From Bacillales bacterium (GTDB lineage Bacteria; Bacillota; Bacilli; JARBTR01), in contig JARBTR010000004.1 in NCBI GenBank assembly GCA_029240105.1, positions 219,190-283,189 on the forward strand: 64,000 nt of DNA, read 5' to 3'. Position 1 is the stretch's first letter. Each line of letters begins with the position of its first letter. The notes under the pieces are model-generated. The model did not search any database, had not been told where the DNA came from, and saw nothing but the letters and a program-made list of their open reading frames with translations. A program made the position numbers and the translations under genes. Positions 1-10,454 of this stretch are shown here, piece after piece.

Positions 1-345
1 TAATTTTTCTTCATTACCATCTACTGCAATATGTAATTTATTCGTAACTTTTGAAATTGACTTCCCAATTTTACCAACTGAATCACTTAGGGCCTCAACG
101 GCATCAAAAACTCCGTTCAGTCTTTCTGACTTTTTAGCTAAATCATCAGCAAGGGCGTTCGTTTTGTTTAACAAAGCTTCTGTTTCAGTTGTTATACCTC
201 GTAACTGCTTTTCCATTCCACTAACAGTATCACTAACACTTTTTAATGTTTCCCTAATGGATCCTAAAGTTCTTGCAAAAGATATAGCAAGAATTAAAAT
301 CGCTAAAGCAATAACTGCAACACTTAAATATAAAATATTAATCAT
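1..345 (-). CDS. DUF948-family protein (YtxG-like general stress protein), 3' part; runs off window start
   Basis: Minus-strand translation from ATG (345..343, preceded by aggtgg SD) gives MINILYLSVAVIALAILILAISFARTLGSIRETLKSVSDTVSGMEKQLRGITTETEALLNK... : N-terminal TM helix plus coiled coil typical of DUF948/YtxG; not in ORF track because it has no stop in window. Confidence 0.6.
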   Translation of the reverse strand, partial: MINILYLSVAVIALAILILAISFARTLGSIRETLKSVSDTVSGMEKQLRGITTETEALLNKTNALADDLAKKSERLNGVFDAVEALSDSVGKIGKSISKVTNKLHIAVDGNEEKL

Positions 346-630
346 TTTTCCACCTGCCATCATTTTCTAAATATATACTTACAATATACATGATTTTAAA
401 AACTTCGACAAATACCTTTAAATAAGTTTTCTGTCTTTTGTCAATTTTTGTTGTTATTTGACTTTAATTATTATTTCATTAAATTATGTTTTTTAAAATT
501 TCGACATTCGAAAGAAATTATTTAAACTTTCATCTTAAATAATGTAAAATGTATTTAGATTAAATAGTATATAATGTTATATTGGATATTATAAATTCTA
601 ATCACCTAAAACAAACGGGAGGAAATAATA

Positions 631-1746
631 ATGAGAGATCCACGCGTAACAACATTAGCAAAAAATTTAATTAATTACGCTTGTAAATTAAAAGAGGGCG
701 AAAAAGTTTTTATTGAAAATAATGGCGTTTTTGAACGCGAATTAATTATTGCACTGGTTGAAGAAGCATACAAAGTAGGTGGCCATCCATATGTAAGCCT
801 TAAAGATGCTCAAGTAGAACGTGCTCTTCGAATGGGTGCTACATTACCTCATTTCGATAAATTAGCTGAATATGAAGCTGCAATAATGGCTGATACAGAT
901 TGTTACATTGGAGTTCGTTCAGGTAGTAATATTAACGAATTAGTTGATGTTCCATCAGAAAAAACAAAAATATATGAACAAACAATATGGAATAAAGTAC
1001 ATAAGAAGGAACGTCTAAACAAACGCTGGGTAATCCTTCGCTACCCTTCTGGCTCTATGGCACAATTAGCAAAAATGAGTACCGTAGGTTTTGAAAACTT
1101 CTATTTCGATGTATGTAATCTTGACTATGGAAAAATGTCAGTAGCAATGGATAGCTTAGTTGATTTAATGGATAGAACTGATAAAGTTCGTATTACAGGA
1201 CCTGGCACCGATTTATCCTTCTCAATTAAGGACATCAAAGCAATTAAGTGTGATGGACAAGTAAACGTTCCAGATGGTGAAGTTTATACTGCACCAGTTC
1301 GAGATTCAGTAAACGGTGTAATTTCTTACAATGCGCCATCACCATATCAAGGGTTCACTTACGAAAATGTTCGCTTGGTTTTTGAAAACGGAAAAATTAT
1401 TGAAGCAACTGCTAATGACAGTGAACGAATCAATAAAATATTCGATACGGATGAAGGCGCTCGATATGTTGGAGAATTTGCTATTGGTGTTAACCCGTTC
1501 ATCCAAAACCCAATGCAAGATATTCTCTTTGATGAAAAAATCGATGGCAGCTTCCACTTTACTCCTGGTTCTTGTTATGATGACGCTTATAACGGAAACA
1601 AATCAGATATCCATTGGGATCTTGTAAATATTCAACGTCCTGAATGGGGTGGTGGGGAAATCTACTTTGATGATGTGTTAATTCGAAAAGATGGCCGTTT
1701 CGTAATTCCTGAACTGGAATGCTTAAACCCTGAAAATTTAAAATAG
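631..1746 (+). CDS. ampS: M29-family aminopeptidase (AmpS/PepS-like)
   Basis: 371-aa ORF with strong SD (gggagg, 9 nt upstream); sequence pattern typical of thermophilic-type aminopeptidase M29 (..YVGEFAIGVNP.., ..FHFTPGS..); followed by hairpin terminator. Confidence 0.85.
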   Translation: MRDPRVTTLAKNLINYACKLKEGEKVFIENNGVFERELIIALVEEAYKVGGHPYVSLKDAQVERALRMGATLPHFDKLAEYEAAIMADTDCYIGVRSGSNINELVDVPSEKTKIYEQTIWNKVHKKERLNKRWVILRYPSGSMAQLAKMSTVGFENFYFDVCNLDYGKMSVAMDSLVDLMDRTDKVRITGPGTDLSFSIKDIKAIKCDGQVNVPDGEVYTAPVRDSVNGVISYNAPSPYQGFTYENVRLVFENGKIIEATANDSERINKIFDTDEGARYVGEFAIGVNPFIQNPMQDILFDEKIDGSFHFTPGSCYDDAYNGNKSDIHWDLVNIQRPEWGGGEIYFDDVLIRKDGRFVIPELECLNPENLK

Positions 1747-1761
1747 GTTTTTAATATAAAA

Positions 1762-1791
1762 AGCGATTGCTCATGTATGCAATCGCTTTTT
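1762..1791. terminator. bidirectional rho-independent terminator between ampS and HD-GYP gene
   Basis: aaaagcgattgctcatgtatgcaatcgcttttt: perfect 9-bp stem, A-run before and T-run after. Confidence 0.75.
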
Positions 1792-1827
1792 GTATATGCC
1801 TCTTAATTGTTATTAAAAAACGTAATT

Positions 1828-3027
1828 TTATTTAGATGTATTTTCTACTAATACCCCACCGAATACCTTATCCACGTCAGCAACAACCTGGCCATCAATT
1901 TCATTTTTTTCAACCATTTCCATTAAAATGTCCATTGCCTTTACATGATTCATTCCACAGCGATATGGACGATTCTCCGTGAGAGCTTGGTAAATATCGA
2001 TTACCGCCATCAACCGTGAACAAAAATCAATTTTTTCTGCTCCTAATCCATATGGATATCCAGTCCCATTTAACTTTTCATGATGATTTGAAGCCCATTC
2101 AACAATATCACCGAAATATTCAATTTTTTCTAAGATCCGACGAGTGTAATAAGTATGTTTTTTAACAATTGAAAATTCTTCGTTTGTAAGTTTTCCATTT
2201 TTATCTAAAATTCTATTAGGTATACCTAATTTCCCAATATCATGCATATCGGCAGAGATTAATAACTTATACTTTTTCTCTTGATCAAATTGGTAGAAAT
2301 CAGCCATAATATCAATTTTTTCAGATATTCCAGAAGAATGATTTCCTGTAAAAGAGGAATAAGAGTCAACAATCGGCGAAAAAATCTTTGTTGTTTCATG
2401 AATTTGTCTATAGTCAACATCTCTACATATTTTGGGAAATAAATCTCCTTTTACATTATCTATAAACAAGTCATCTATATCTAACCAAAAACTAGCTGTT
2501 TTTTGAAGTTCCAACCATGCATTAGCGATTTCTGGTGAAAATTTAATTCCAATATTATTTGTAATATCTCTTACGATTTCTTCTTGAGATAAATGTTCTC
2601 TATGTAATAATTCAAAATAATCGCTAAACCCAATGATTTTTGAAAATAAATGGATCTCATGGTCAAACTTACCGAAAGTTCCTTCACCATTATATGTCTC
2701 ATGATGGTAAAGAACTATATTTTCTCTTTTTTCTAGAAAAGGGAAATCTTTCACAATCTCTTCACCAAAAATGCAATGGGCTCCTGTTTTTTCATGACTT
2801 TCGATATGGGCTTCTGAATTTAATTTTACAATACCAACATCATGCAAAAGTGCGTAAGAAACCAAGTCAAAGATTTCTTCATCACTCAATCCTAGTTGCC
2901 TACCTATTTTTCCACTAACAATTGCAACCCTTTTACTATGATTCTTTGAATCTATCATAAAATCTTTTTCAGCAAGGTCTAGTGCAAACGATATAGAAAG
3001 CAACAAATTATTAATACAAAATTTCAT
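1828..3027 (-). CDS. HD-GYP domain phosphohydrolase (c-di-GMP phosphodiesterase family), tandem HD-like domains
   Basis: 399 aa; HD motifs (LHDVGIVKL; MHDIGKLGIP) and HHEKLNGTGYPYGL (GYP signature). Confidence 0.75.
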   Translation of the reverse strand: MKFCINNLLLSISFALDLAEKDFMIDSKNHSKRVAIVSGKIGRQLGLSDEEIFDLVSYALLHDVGIVKLNSEAHIESHEKTGAHCIFGEEIVKDFPFLEKRENIVLYHHETYNGEGTFGKFDHEIHLFSKIIGFSDYFELLHREHLSQEEIVRDITNNIGIKFSPEIANAWLELQKTASFWLDIDDLFIDNVKGDLFPKICRDVDYRQIHETTKIFSPIVDSYSSFTGNHSSGISEKIDIMADFYQFDQEKKYKLLISADMHDIGKLGIPNRILDKNGKLTNEEFSIVKKHTYYTRRILEKIEYFGDIVEWASNHHEKLNGTGYPYGLGAEKIDFCSRLMAVIDIYQALTENRPYRCGMNHVKAMDILMEMVEKNEIDGQVVADVDKVFGGVLVENTSK

Positions 3028-3245
3028 AATAGCCTCTCAAATATTTCCTTTGATATAAAAGTACTGAATTTCTAGAATTGATGAATCCCTTACTAAGTTT
3101 AACATAATGTATTCCATTTGAATTTCTTAATATAGATATTTAAAAATTAAATTTGAACGAAAAAAAGACTGAGACAAATTTATATATTTCTCCATGGTGG
3201 TGGATGAAATTTTTGGTTTGTTCCAGCCTTTAAACTAATGAAAGA

Positions 3246-4538
3246 TTATAATTTCTCATACGCTGCTTGAAACTTTTGTACGTCTCCTGCACCCATAAAT
3301 ATTAAAACGCTATTCTCATGTACCTTCAATTTTTCTGTTCCTGCCTCAGATAAAACCTCAGCGTATTCAATCTTTTCACAAAGAACCTCTATTGTCATAT
3401 CACCCTTCGATTCACGTGCGGAACCAAAAATATCACAAAGATATACTTTATCAGCTTTTGATAATGCTTCTGCAAATTCGTTTAAGAATTTACTTGTTCT
3501 GGTGAAGGTATGAGGTTGGAATATTGCTACTAATTCTTTACCAGGATATTTTTTTCGAGCTGAATCAATTGTTGCTAATATTTCAGTTTGATGATGTGCG
3601 TAATCATCAATTAAAATCTGGCTGCCGTGTACTTTTTCAGAAAACCTTCTCTTTACACCTTTAAAAGTTAAAAGATGTTTCTTTACAATTTCCAGGTCAA
3701 GCCCCTCAAGGTAACAAACCGCTAAAACCCCAAGTGCATTCAAAACATTATGATCTCCAAAAGTTGGAATCACAAAGTTTCCTACTAATTCATTTTTCAC
3801 AAGTAAATCAAAACTTGTTCCACTTCTGTGACTAATTACATTTTTAGCTTGTATTTCATTATGCGAACCAAAACCATAATAAGTAACTGTCACATCAGAA
3901 TGTATTTTAAGGAGTTGCGAATCATCGCCACATGCAACAATACCTTTCTTAACCTGAAGGCTCATTTGTTGAAAAGCATCAAATACATCCTCTAAATCAC
4001 GATAATAGTCTGGATGATCAAAATCAATGTTTGTCATTATACAATAATCAGGGTAATACTCGAGAAAATGACGACGATATTCACATGATTCAAAAACGAA
4101 ATATTGTGATTCAGCATCTCCAAATCCTGTTCCATCTCCAATTAAATAAGATGTCGGATGTATACCTTTCAATACATGTGCAAGCAGACCTGTAGTTGAT
4201 GTTTTTCCATGTGTACCAGTAATAGCAATGCTTGTATATTTTTTTAGTAATTCACCTAAGAAAACATGATAACGAATAATAGGAAGTCCTAATTCAACTG
4301 CTCGAACAAGCTCAGGATGGTCGTCTTTGAATGCATTTCCAGCAATAACAGTTAGTCCAGGTTGAATGTTCTTTTCATCAAACGGCAAAATTTTAATACC
4401 TTTAAGCTCTAAGGGAACTTGAGTAAAAAAGTGTTTTTCAACATCGGATCCCTGCACTTGGTATCCCATATCGAAAAGAACTTGAGCGAGTGGGCTCATT
4501 CCAGAGCCTTTAATTCCAACAAAATGGTATATAGTCAT
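3246..4538 (-). CDS. murC: UDP-N-acetylmuramate--L-alanine ligase
   Basis: Mur ligase signature start [19 protein letters not shown]..; ORF track start is 12 codons further upstream, internal ATG at 4538 has gaggt SD and matches canonical MurC N-terminus; [10 protein letters not shown]-loop. Confidence 0.9.
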   Translation of the reverse strand: MTIYHFVGIKGSGMSPLAQVLFDMGYQVQGSDVEKHFFTQVPLELKGIKILPFDEKNIQPGLTVIAGNAFKDDHPELVRAVELGLPIIRYHVFLGELLKKYTSIAITGTHGKTSTTGLLAHVLKGIHPTSYLIGDGTGFGDAESQYFVFESCEYRRHFLEYYPDYCIMTNIDFDHPDYYRDLEDVFDAFQQMSLQVKKGIVACGDDSQLLKIHSDVTVTYYGFGSHNEIQAKNVISHRSGTSFDLLVKNELVGNFVIPTFGDHNVLNALGVLAVCYLEGLDLEIVKKHLLTFKGVKRRFSEKVHGSQILIDDYAHHQTEILATIDSARKKYPGKELVAIFQPHTFTRTSKFLNEFAEALSKADKVYLCDIFGSARESKGDMTIEVLCEKIEYAEVLSEAGTEKLKVHENSVLIFMGAGDVQKFQAAYEKL

Positions 4539-4764
4539 ATAAAATACCTCAATATCATTTAAATCTACAATCATTCTATTAACAAAATTCTAAGGAAATT
4601 CTGATTCATTCAAGTTCGGCAAATTTATGGTGATTTTTTACTTTTGTTTTGTTGAAATTCACTTGAATATTACCGATATTCGCGCTCATTTCACCTCATA
4701 TTCCCTCATAAATATTGCTCAAAGAATGAACGGGTGTTTCCTTACGTCTATCAAAAAAAGTTTG

Positions 4765-5892
4765 TTATATTTTCTCAATCGGACAATTATCAGTTAGATC
4801 AACTTTTTCCAATCGTGGGTTTGGTCTATATCGACGCCCTTGTTTTGCTTGATGCTTATCGTTCAATATAACATTGTCTCCTGTAAAGCCAATGTTAATT
4901 TTTAATAAACTGCTGCCTACACCATATATATCTACAGGTACATTATTCAATTCAAATTCAAGAATGCGGTCAACGGTAAATCCACCAGTCGCACAAATTT
5001 GAACATGTTGAAATCCTTCAGAGTCCAACGCTTTACGTAAAGCAATCACAAGCTCTGCACATACCCCACGCGGATCAAAAGCACCTAAAATTTGAGGATT
5101 ACGTAAAAAATATTGGTCAATCATTGTACGTGAGGTATCAAGTCGAACACCATGAAGTTTATTGCCAAACTCTCTAGCAACTTTTAAAGAATCCACAATA
5201 ACATCGTTATTGTAATCAACTAAAGCAACCAAACCATCATTGGGGAATTTTTTATGATACGCATGACATGCCTTAACAACATCCCCATTAAAAATCTGGA
5301 TTAGGGCATGAGGCATTGTACCAATACCTTCCTTTCCCCACCATTCATTCATGGCGTGGGTTGCTTGGGCTGTTGCTCCCCCAATGTATGCAGCATAGCC
5401 ATCACCAGCTTGTTGTTGGAAATGATCATCACGGTCCCCCATAAAAATCACTTGCTTCTGCTTTCCTGACGCTTTAGCCGCTTTTACCACATTATAAACA
5501 TTTGTAGCCACAGAAGTTCTTCGTGCTAGAATTCCGTCAATTAATCCTTCTAGAAAGCCAAAATTTTGATAAGGTCCCCTTATTGTTAGAACTGTTTCGT
5601 AGGGTGCAATTTGATCCCCATCCTTTAATGAATGAACCTGCAGTGAAGATGGATTTTCTGCAAAGGATTGTATAAGTGCAATAACCTCATCTGTTCCACA
5701 TAAAACAGCATGCTCTTTTTGAAAAAACTGCATGGTAACGATATTTTCAGGACAAAATTCTTCTACGATGTCTCGCGTCTTCAAAAAGTAAACCGCCGAA
5801 AACCATCCTTCTGCTACACGTTTATCAAATTTAAAAGTGCGATTCGTTAAACGACTAATTTCACCATTCATCTTTAATTCAATTTCTTTCAT
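4765..5892 (-). CDS. nicotinate phosphoribosyltransferase family protein (PncB-like)
   Basis: 375 aa; NAPRTase-family pattern (..GTMPHALIQ.., C-terminal PRTase barrel region). Confidence 0.65.
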   Translation of the reverse strand: MKEIELKMNGEISRLTNRTFKFDKRVAEGWFSAVYFLKTRDIVEEFCPENIVTMQFFQKEHAVLCGTDEVIALIQSFAENPSSLQVHSLKDGDQIAPYETVLTIRGPYQNFGFLEGLIDGILARRTSVATNVYNVVKAAKASGKQKQVIFMGDRDDHFQQQAGDGYAAYIGGATAQATHAMNEWWGKEGIGTMPHALIQIFNGDVVKACHAYHKKFPNDGLVALVDYNNDVIVDSLKVAREFGNKLHGVRLDTSRTMIDQYFLRNPQILGAFDPRGVCAELVIALRKALDSEGFQHVQICATGGFTVDRILEFELNNVPVDIYGVGSSLLKINIGFTGDNVILNDKHQAKQGRRYRPNPRLEKVDLTDNCPIEKI

Positions 5893-5948
5893 GCTGATAG
5901 TATTCCTTTATCTTCAGGATATAATAGAACATTTTTGGTTTTTATTAC

Positions 5949-8246
5949 CTAAAAATTTCCCATATCTAATAATTCTTTCAGTGTTTCAAGATCATCTTCC
6001 CGTATTAAGACGTCACGAGGCTTCGTTCCATTCGCTTCTGAAATGATTCCGTTCTGTTCCATTAAATCAACTATTCGTGCAGCGCGATTATACCCAATTC
6101 GGTATCTTCGTTGCAAACTTGAAGTGGATATGTATTTTGAAGAGACTGCAAATTCACATGCTTCAAAAAACAGTTCATCATAATCTGCATCCCCCCCCTG
6201 AGATTGGGATTGAGATTGCTGTGACTTTAACAAATCTTCAGTTACAAATAAATACGAAGGTTCAGCCTGCATTTTTACATGCGATACGACACGTTCGATT
6301 TCATCGTCTGAAACAAATGTTCCTTGTAATCGAACAGATTTAGAAGAACCATTTTCTAAGAATAGCATATCTCCTCGACCGAGAAGTTTTTCAGCACCAC
6401 TTTGATCCAGTATCGTTCTAGAATCAATATTCGATGCAACTGCAAACGCAACTCTAGTAGCAATATTTGATTTAATGAGCCCCGTAATGACATCTACGGA
6501 TGGTCGCTGTGTAGCCACAATAAGGTGCATCCCACAAGCGCGAGCTTTTTGTGCTATACGGCATATAGCCGCTTCAACATCCTGAGAAGCTGTCATCATT
6601 AGGTCCGCAAGTTCATCAATAATGATTACGATGTAAGGTAATTTTACAGCAGAACCAACATATTCTTTAACTTTTTCGTTATACCGTACAATATCTCTAA
6701 CACCAGCTGCTGCAAATAATTCATAACGTCGATCCATCTCTTCTACAGCCCATTTTAAAGAAGCTGTTGCTGCCTTAGGATCCGTAATAACAGGTGCAAC
6801 TAAATGTGGAATTCCATTATAATTGGACAACTCAACCATTTTGGGATCAATTAATAATAACTTTACATCTTCAGGCGAAGACTTATAAAGCAAGCTTATT
6901 AAAATAGAGTTAATAAATACACTTTTTCCTGAACCTGTCGATCCTGCAACCAATCCATGTGGCATTCTCACCAAATCTGTTGTCACAGGCTCTCCTGATA
7001 TATCAAGACCTACAGCAACATTTAATGGCGAGGGATGCTTCACAAATGCTTCTGTTTCTATAATCTCACGTATAAAAACGGGCCGAGATTGGCGATTCGG
7101 TATCTCAATTCCTACCTGGCTCTTACCAGGGATTGGAGCTTCAATCCGAATGTCTCTTGCTGCCAATGCTAATTTCAAATCGTCACTTAAATTTGAGATT
7201 TTATTTACCTTAACACCAGGTTCTGGCTGAATTTCAAAACGAGTTACGGATGGACCCTGTGTACAATTAACGACTCTTGCATTCACATTAAAATGAAAAA
7301 ATGTTTCATCCAAAATATCGGCTTGACTCTCCATCCAATCGTTGTCATCCTTTTTGACTGCTCTAGGCTGTAAAAATTCAAACGGGGGATGAATATAGCC
7401 TGAAGTTTCAACAATGAAATCTGAATAAGACTGATTATTAGTATTATGTACTTGATTACTCATTTGTTCTGTTGATTGTGTTTTTTGAGCTATTGCAGCA
7501 CTTACTCTTTGTTCGAATACACTTGTTTGAGAAGATTGTCCATAACCCTCAACTTGTATTGAATTAGTTTGAAAAGAAACTTCCTCGACTTGTACTGGAT
7601 CAATTTGAAAAGAATCTTCCTCTATCTCTTCCATTAATATCTTTTCTACTAAAGTCTGATCGGAAAATATGCTATTTTCATTACTTGCAATTTTTTTTGA
7701 AAGTTTAGACATTCTAGTGATTATTTTAGAATCTGGAGTACCCAATTCGAATTCAATTGGCTGTGTTGTCGGATTATTTATCAAGTGCATAGGAGGTGGT
7801 ACTTCAAGAGGTAAAAAACTCCTCTTTTCATTCTCTGCCCCCAACTTCGAGCTATGTATATCTTTTTTAGCAGGCTTGTCCTTGGTAAGTTTATTTTGAA
7901 AAGTATGCCACGACTTTAACTCCACGGTTGCATGTGGTTTTATAATTGATTCTTTATTTTTAAATTTGGCCCAATTTGACTCCGGCGTTCTGTCAAAACC
8001 AGATTTCGTTAATGAAGAGCTGCTTTTTTTAGGAGAAGTTGCTTTTACTTTTGTCTTTTCTGTTACTTCATTTATTGTTTTACCATAATCATCACGGTTT
8101 AGTTCATGATCAAAACCATCTTCAATAATTGGAAAAAAGAATTCACTTAATTGTGAATCCTTCTCAAATGAATTCTTTTGTTTCAATTCTTTATCGTTGT
8201 TTATTTTACTACCAAATTTATTTTTAAACGAATTCAATGATATCAC
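5949..8246 (-). CDS. sftA: FtsK/SpoIIIE-family DNA translocase (SftA/YtpT-like)
   Basis: 765 aa; Walker A GSTGSGKS, FtsK motor domain, C-terminal winged-helix gamma-like domain (SLQRRYRIGYNRAARIVD); position next to murC as in B. subtilis. Confidence 0.8.
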   Translation of the reverse strand: MISLNSFKNKFGSKINNDKELKQKNSFEKDSQLSEFFFPIIEDGFDHELNRDDYGKTINEVTEKTKVKATSPKKSSSSLTKSGFDRTPESNWAKFKNKESIIKPHATVELKSWHTFQNKLTKDKPAKKDIHSSKLGAENEKRSFLPLEVPPPMHLINNPTTQPIEFELGTPDSKIITRMSKLSKKIASNENSIFSDQTLVEKILMEEIEEDSFQIDPVQVEEVSFQTNSIQVEGYGQSSQTSVFEQRVSAAIAQKTQSTEQMSNQVHNTNNQSYSDFIVETSGYIHPPFEFLQPRAVKKDDNDWMESQADILDETFFHFNVNARVVNCTQGPSVTRFEIQPEPGVKVNKISNLSDDLKLALAARDIRIEAPIPGKSQVGIEIPNRQSRPVFIREIIETEAFVKHPSPLNVAVGLDISGEPVTTDLVRMPHGLVAGSTGSGKSVFINSILISLLYKSSPEDVKLLLIDPKMVELSNYNGIPHLVAPVITDPKAATASLKWAVEEMDRRYELFAAAGVRDIVRYNEKVKEYVGSAVKLPYIVIIIDELADLMMTASQDVEAAICRIAQKARACGMHLIVATQRPSVDVITGLIKSNIATRVAFAVASNIDSRTILDQSGAEKLLGRGDMLFLENGSSKSVRLQGTFVSDDEIERVVSHVKMQAEPSYLFVTEDLLKSQQSQSQSQGGDADYDELFFEACEFAVSSKYISTSSLQRRYRIGYNRAARIVDLMEQNGIISEANGTKPRDVLIREDDLETLKELLDMGNF

Positions 8247-8358
8247 TTCCGTTTTATGTAATTTTCATTATTTCGACAAAAAATGATCAATTCACTAAAG
8301 ATGTTACACCCAATTTCTTGGAAATAGAGTAAAGTCATTCTATCATTTTACCATTCTC

Positions 8359-8394
8359 AAAAAAAAAAAACGAGTAGTGGTTTTCACACTCGTT
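8359..8394 (-). terminator. rho-independent terminator after ytpS-like gene
   Basis: On minus strand: aacgagtgtgaaaaccactactcgtt followed by T12. Confidence 0.7.
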
Positions 8395-8410
8395 ATTTAA
8401 CTAAATAGGC

Positions 8411-9181
8411 TTACTTCATGATAAAAATCGGCTTTAATTCTTTTTCTTCATAAACAAAAGAAAGTGCCGTAATTGGGATATACCCGTTTGCGAAAAACTT
8501 CATATTCATTTCTGCCAAAACGTTATAGCCGTAATCATTTTGTATGTCACATATAATCAGGACGTCTTGATGTGGTATAGAAACAACCATAGAACCGTGA
8601 AACTCTGAAATCATTTCATTTAAAAAGGAACTCATAAGAATTCTTGAGGCATCAAAACCATCATTCTGATTAACAAAATAAAATTGATTTCCTGCAACTG
8701 TATCCATTTTATATGAAAATTTAATAGATTCGAGATTTGTCATGGCATACTCATGTAACCTCTCTAAAGTTAATCCGGCTTCTGAAAGGAGTAATTGATC
8801 GATTAATTGATAACTTTTCCCCAAATCTAAAACATAATAAATACTTGTTTCAGATGTATGTTCCTTAATAACAAACTGAATACCTTTCGAATTCTCCCTT
8901 GGAAATGAACTTGAACGAATTACTGGAAAGATTTGATTTAAGTTACTTGCTAATTTTATTGATTGAGAAGAAGCAACTAAACTTGTCTTAATATAGTAAG
9001 CTATTTCCTCTGTAGCGTCTGAACTACTGTTTTCAAAGCGTGGTTTCAATACATTTAAATCAAGGTCGACACCCTGACCTGATTCTTTATTTACATAACG
9101 CAGAATATTCTTTTCTTTATCAAACAATGAAATAAATCTATTCCCTGCTAACTTTTCATCTAATACTTTCTTAATATCCAT
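8411..9181 (-). CDS. DUF1444-family protein (YtpS-like)
   Basis: 256-aa ORF in the position of B. subtilis ytpS downstream of sftA; no recognisable catalytic motif. Confidence 0.55.
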   Translation of the reverse strand: MDIKKVLDEKLAGNRFISLFDKEKNILRYVNKESGQGVDLDLNVLKPRFENSSSDATEEIAYYIKTSLVASSQSIKLASNLNQIFPVIRSSSFPRENSKGIQFVIKEHTSETSIYYVLDLGKSYQLIDQLLLSEAGLTLERLHEYAMTNLESIKFSYKMDTVAGNQFYFVNQNDGFDASRILMSSFLNEMISEFHGSMVVSIPHQDVLIICDIQNDYGYNVLAEMNMKFFANGYIPITALSFVYEEKELKPIFIMK

Positions 9182-9424
9182 TTATCTGCCTCATATGATT
9201 GTAAGAAAATCCAGCACGCTGGTCCTTTTAAAACATTTGCGCTGATGTTTTGGATGAATTCCCGTAGAGCTATCCTGTGGGTGAGCACCTGAGCCTAAGG
9301 TCTCAGGCACCCACTTTTCCACGGGGAGTCCTGCGGGTTTCATTACCAAAACATCCATATTGTTCATCCTTCTAAAGCCTCTGGTACCAATAGTTAAGGC
9401 CCAAAAATTTATACTTTCTTATCC

Positions 9425-9454
9425 TTTAAAAAATCCCCTAATAATTGGGGATTT
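9425..9454 (-). terminator. terminator of thioredoxin-like gene
   Basis: aaatccccaattattaggggatttttt on minus strand immediately after stop at 9464. Confidence 0.75.
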
Positions 9455-9463
9455 TACAAATGT

Positions 9464-9775
9464 TTATAAACTTTCAATAAACGCTTCTATTTCTTCACGT
9501 GTTTTGCGTTTTCCATTTACAAAACGACCAATTTGTTTGCCATTTTCAAAAGCAATAAAGCTAGGGATTCCCATAACTTCAAGTTCTCCACAAAGATCGA
9601 TAAACTCATCACGATCAACATATATAAAAGTAAAATTAGGGTATTTCTCTACTACCTCATCAATAAATGGTTCAATAAAACGGCAATCCGAGCACCAATT
9701 GGCAGAAAACATTAGAATGCTTTTTCCGTTATTTATAATTGTATTAAGTTCTTCAGATGATTGTAATTTTTTCAT
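9464..9775 (-). CDS. thioredoxin-like protein (YtpP-like)
   Basis: 103 aa with WCSDC active-site-like motif (Trx fold CxxC). Confidence 0.8.
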   Translation of the reverse strand: MKKLQSSEELNTIINNGKSILMFSANWCSDCRFIEPFIDEVVEKYPNFTFIYVDRDEFIDLCGELEVMGIPSFIAFENGKQIGRFVNGKRKTREEIEAFIESL

Positions 9776-9814
9776 TGAAAGACCTCCAAAGTTTTTTTAT
9801 TAAAACTGCTATTT

Positions 9815-10366
9815 CTATTTTACATTGACACTCATGACTTCTTTCATGTAATCCAAAGCCCATTTTTCACGTTCTGGATTAAAGGATGCACATGCTGATG
9901 AGTCAACAATTAATTCCAGTTTCTTACCTTGATTTACTGCTTGAGTAAAAAAGCCGATTACTGTTTGAAAAACACAAATATCTGTTACAACACCGACAAC
10001 AGTTATTTGATCATATCTTCCTACTAATTCTTTAATTTTATTAGCATCAGGACAATAAGCATGTTTTTCAATATGATTTATTTTGTTCTGACTTCCTTTT
10101 ATTTCTCCATAAATCGTGTAACCTTTGGTACCCTTGATACAGTGAACTGGAAACACCTTAGGTTCAGGATAAATATCACTTTCCCAATCAGCTTCACTAT
10201 GGTTATCAAAGGTAAAATAAATATCATTTTCATCAAATAATTCTGCTAATGCAGCGATATTCTTCTCTATTTTTTGAGCAGGTGTCCCCACCGTTAATTT
10301 ACCGTCATCAGCCACAAAATCATACTGATAGTCAACAACAATTAAAGCTTTTTTCAATTTACTCAC
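9815..10366 (-). CDS. cysteine hydrolase / isochorismatase-family protein (nicotinamidase PncA-like)
   Basis: 183 aa; ALIVVDYQYDF.. start and ..VVGVVTDICV.. catalytic Cys motif typical of isochorismatase/nicotinamidase family; pairs functionally with the PncB-like gene at 4765..5892. Confidence 0.7.
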   Translation of the reverse strand: MSKLKKALIVVDYQYDFVADDGKLTVGTPAQKIEKNIAALAELFDENDIYFTFDNHSEADWESDIYPEPKVFPVHCIKGTKGYTIYGEIKGSQNKINHIEKHAYCPDANKIKELVGRYDQITVVGVVTDICVFQTVIGFFTQAVNQGKKLELIVDSSACASFNPEREKWALDYMKEVMSVNVK

Positions 10367-10454
10367 CTTGATTTCCCTGTTATATAGATTCTTTCATTAA
10401 AAAGAAAATATATAAGCTTATCCTAAAGTTCTTCTTGTTTTTTATAGTTTAGAA

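Noticed and set aside
164-370. 68-aa plus-strand ORF at window start
   Set aside because: It is antisense to a better-supported minus-strand DUF948 gene (SD + TM/coiled-coil protein) and has no SD of its own.
1331-1627. Internal ORFs on both strands inside ampS (1331..1627 +, 1339..1557 -)
   Set aside because: They are fully nested in the well-supported aminopeptidase gene and are alternative-frame artefacts. The same applies to 2640..2918, 6077..6343, 7669..7899, 11652..11891, 14705..14944, 16680..17053, 17484..17669, 21365..22906 (three), 24028..24681 (two), 26846..27679 (two), 28524..28972 (two), 31141..33111 (four), 33543..33782, 34527..36485 (four), 37063..38379 (three), 39034..40158 (two), 40794..41009, 41956..43713 (four), 45311..45505, 47517..47711, 48836..49027, 53147..54324 (five), 55446..56503 (two), 59512..59853 and 61542..61924 (two).
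3180-3245. Terminator for murC / promoter elements in the HD-GYP-murC spacer
   Set aside because: Only a weak imperfect hairpin (atttctcca..tggatgaaat) without a convincing U-tract on the relevant strand.
9360-9803. 147-aa and 60-aa plus-strand ORFs overlapping the thioredoxin-like gene
   Set aside because: They are antisense shadow ORFs of ytpP-like gene 9464..9775, with low-complexity translations and no SD.
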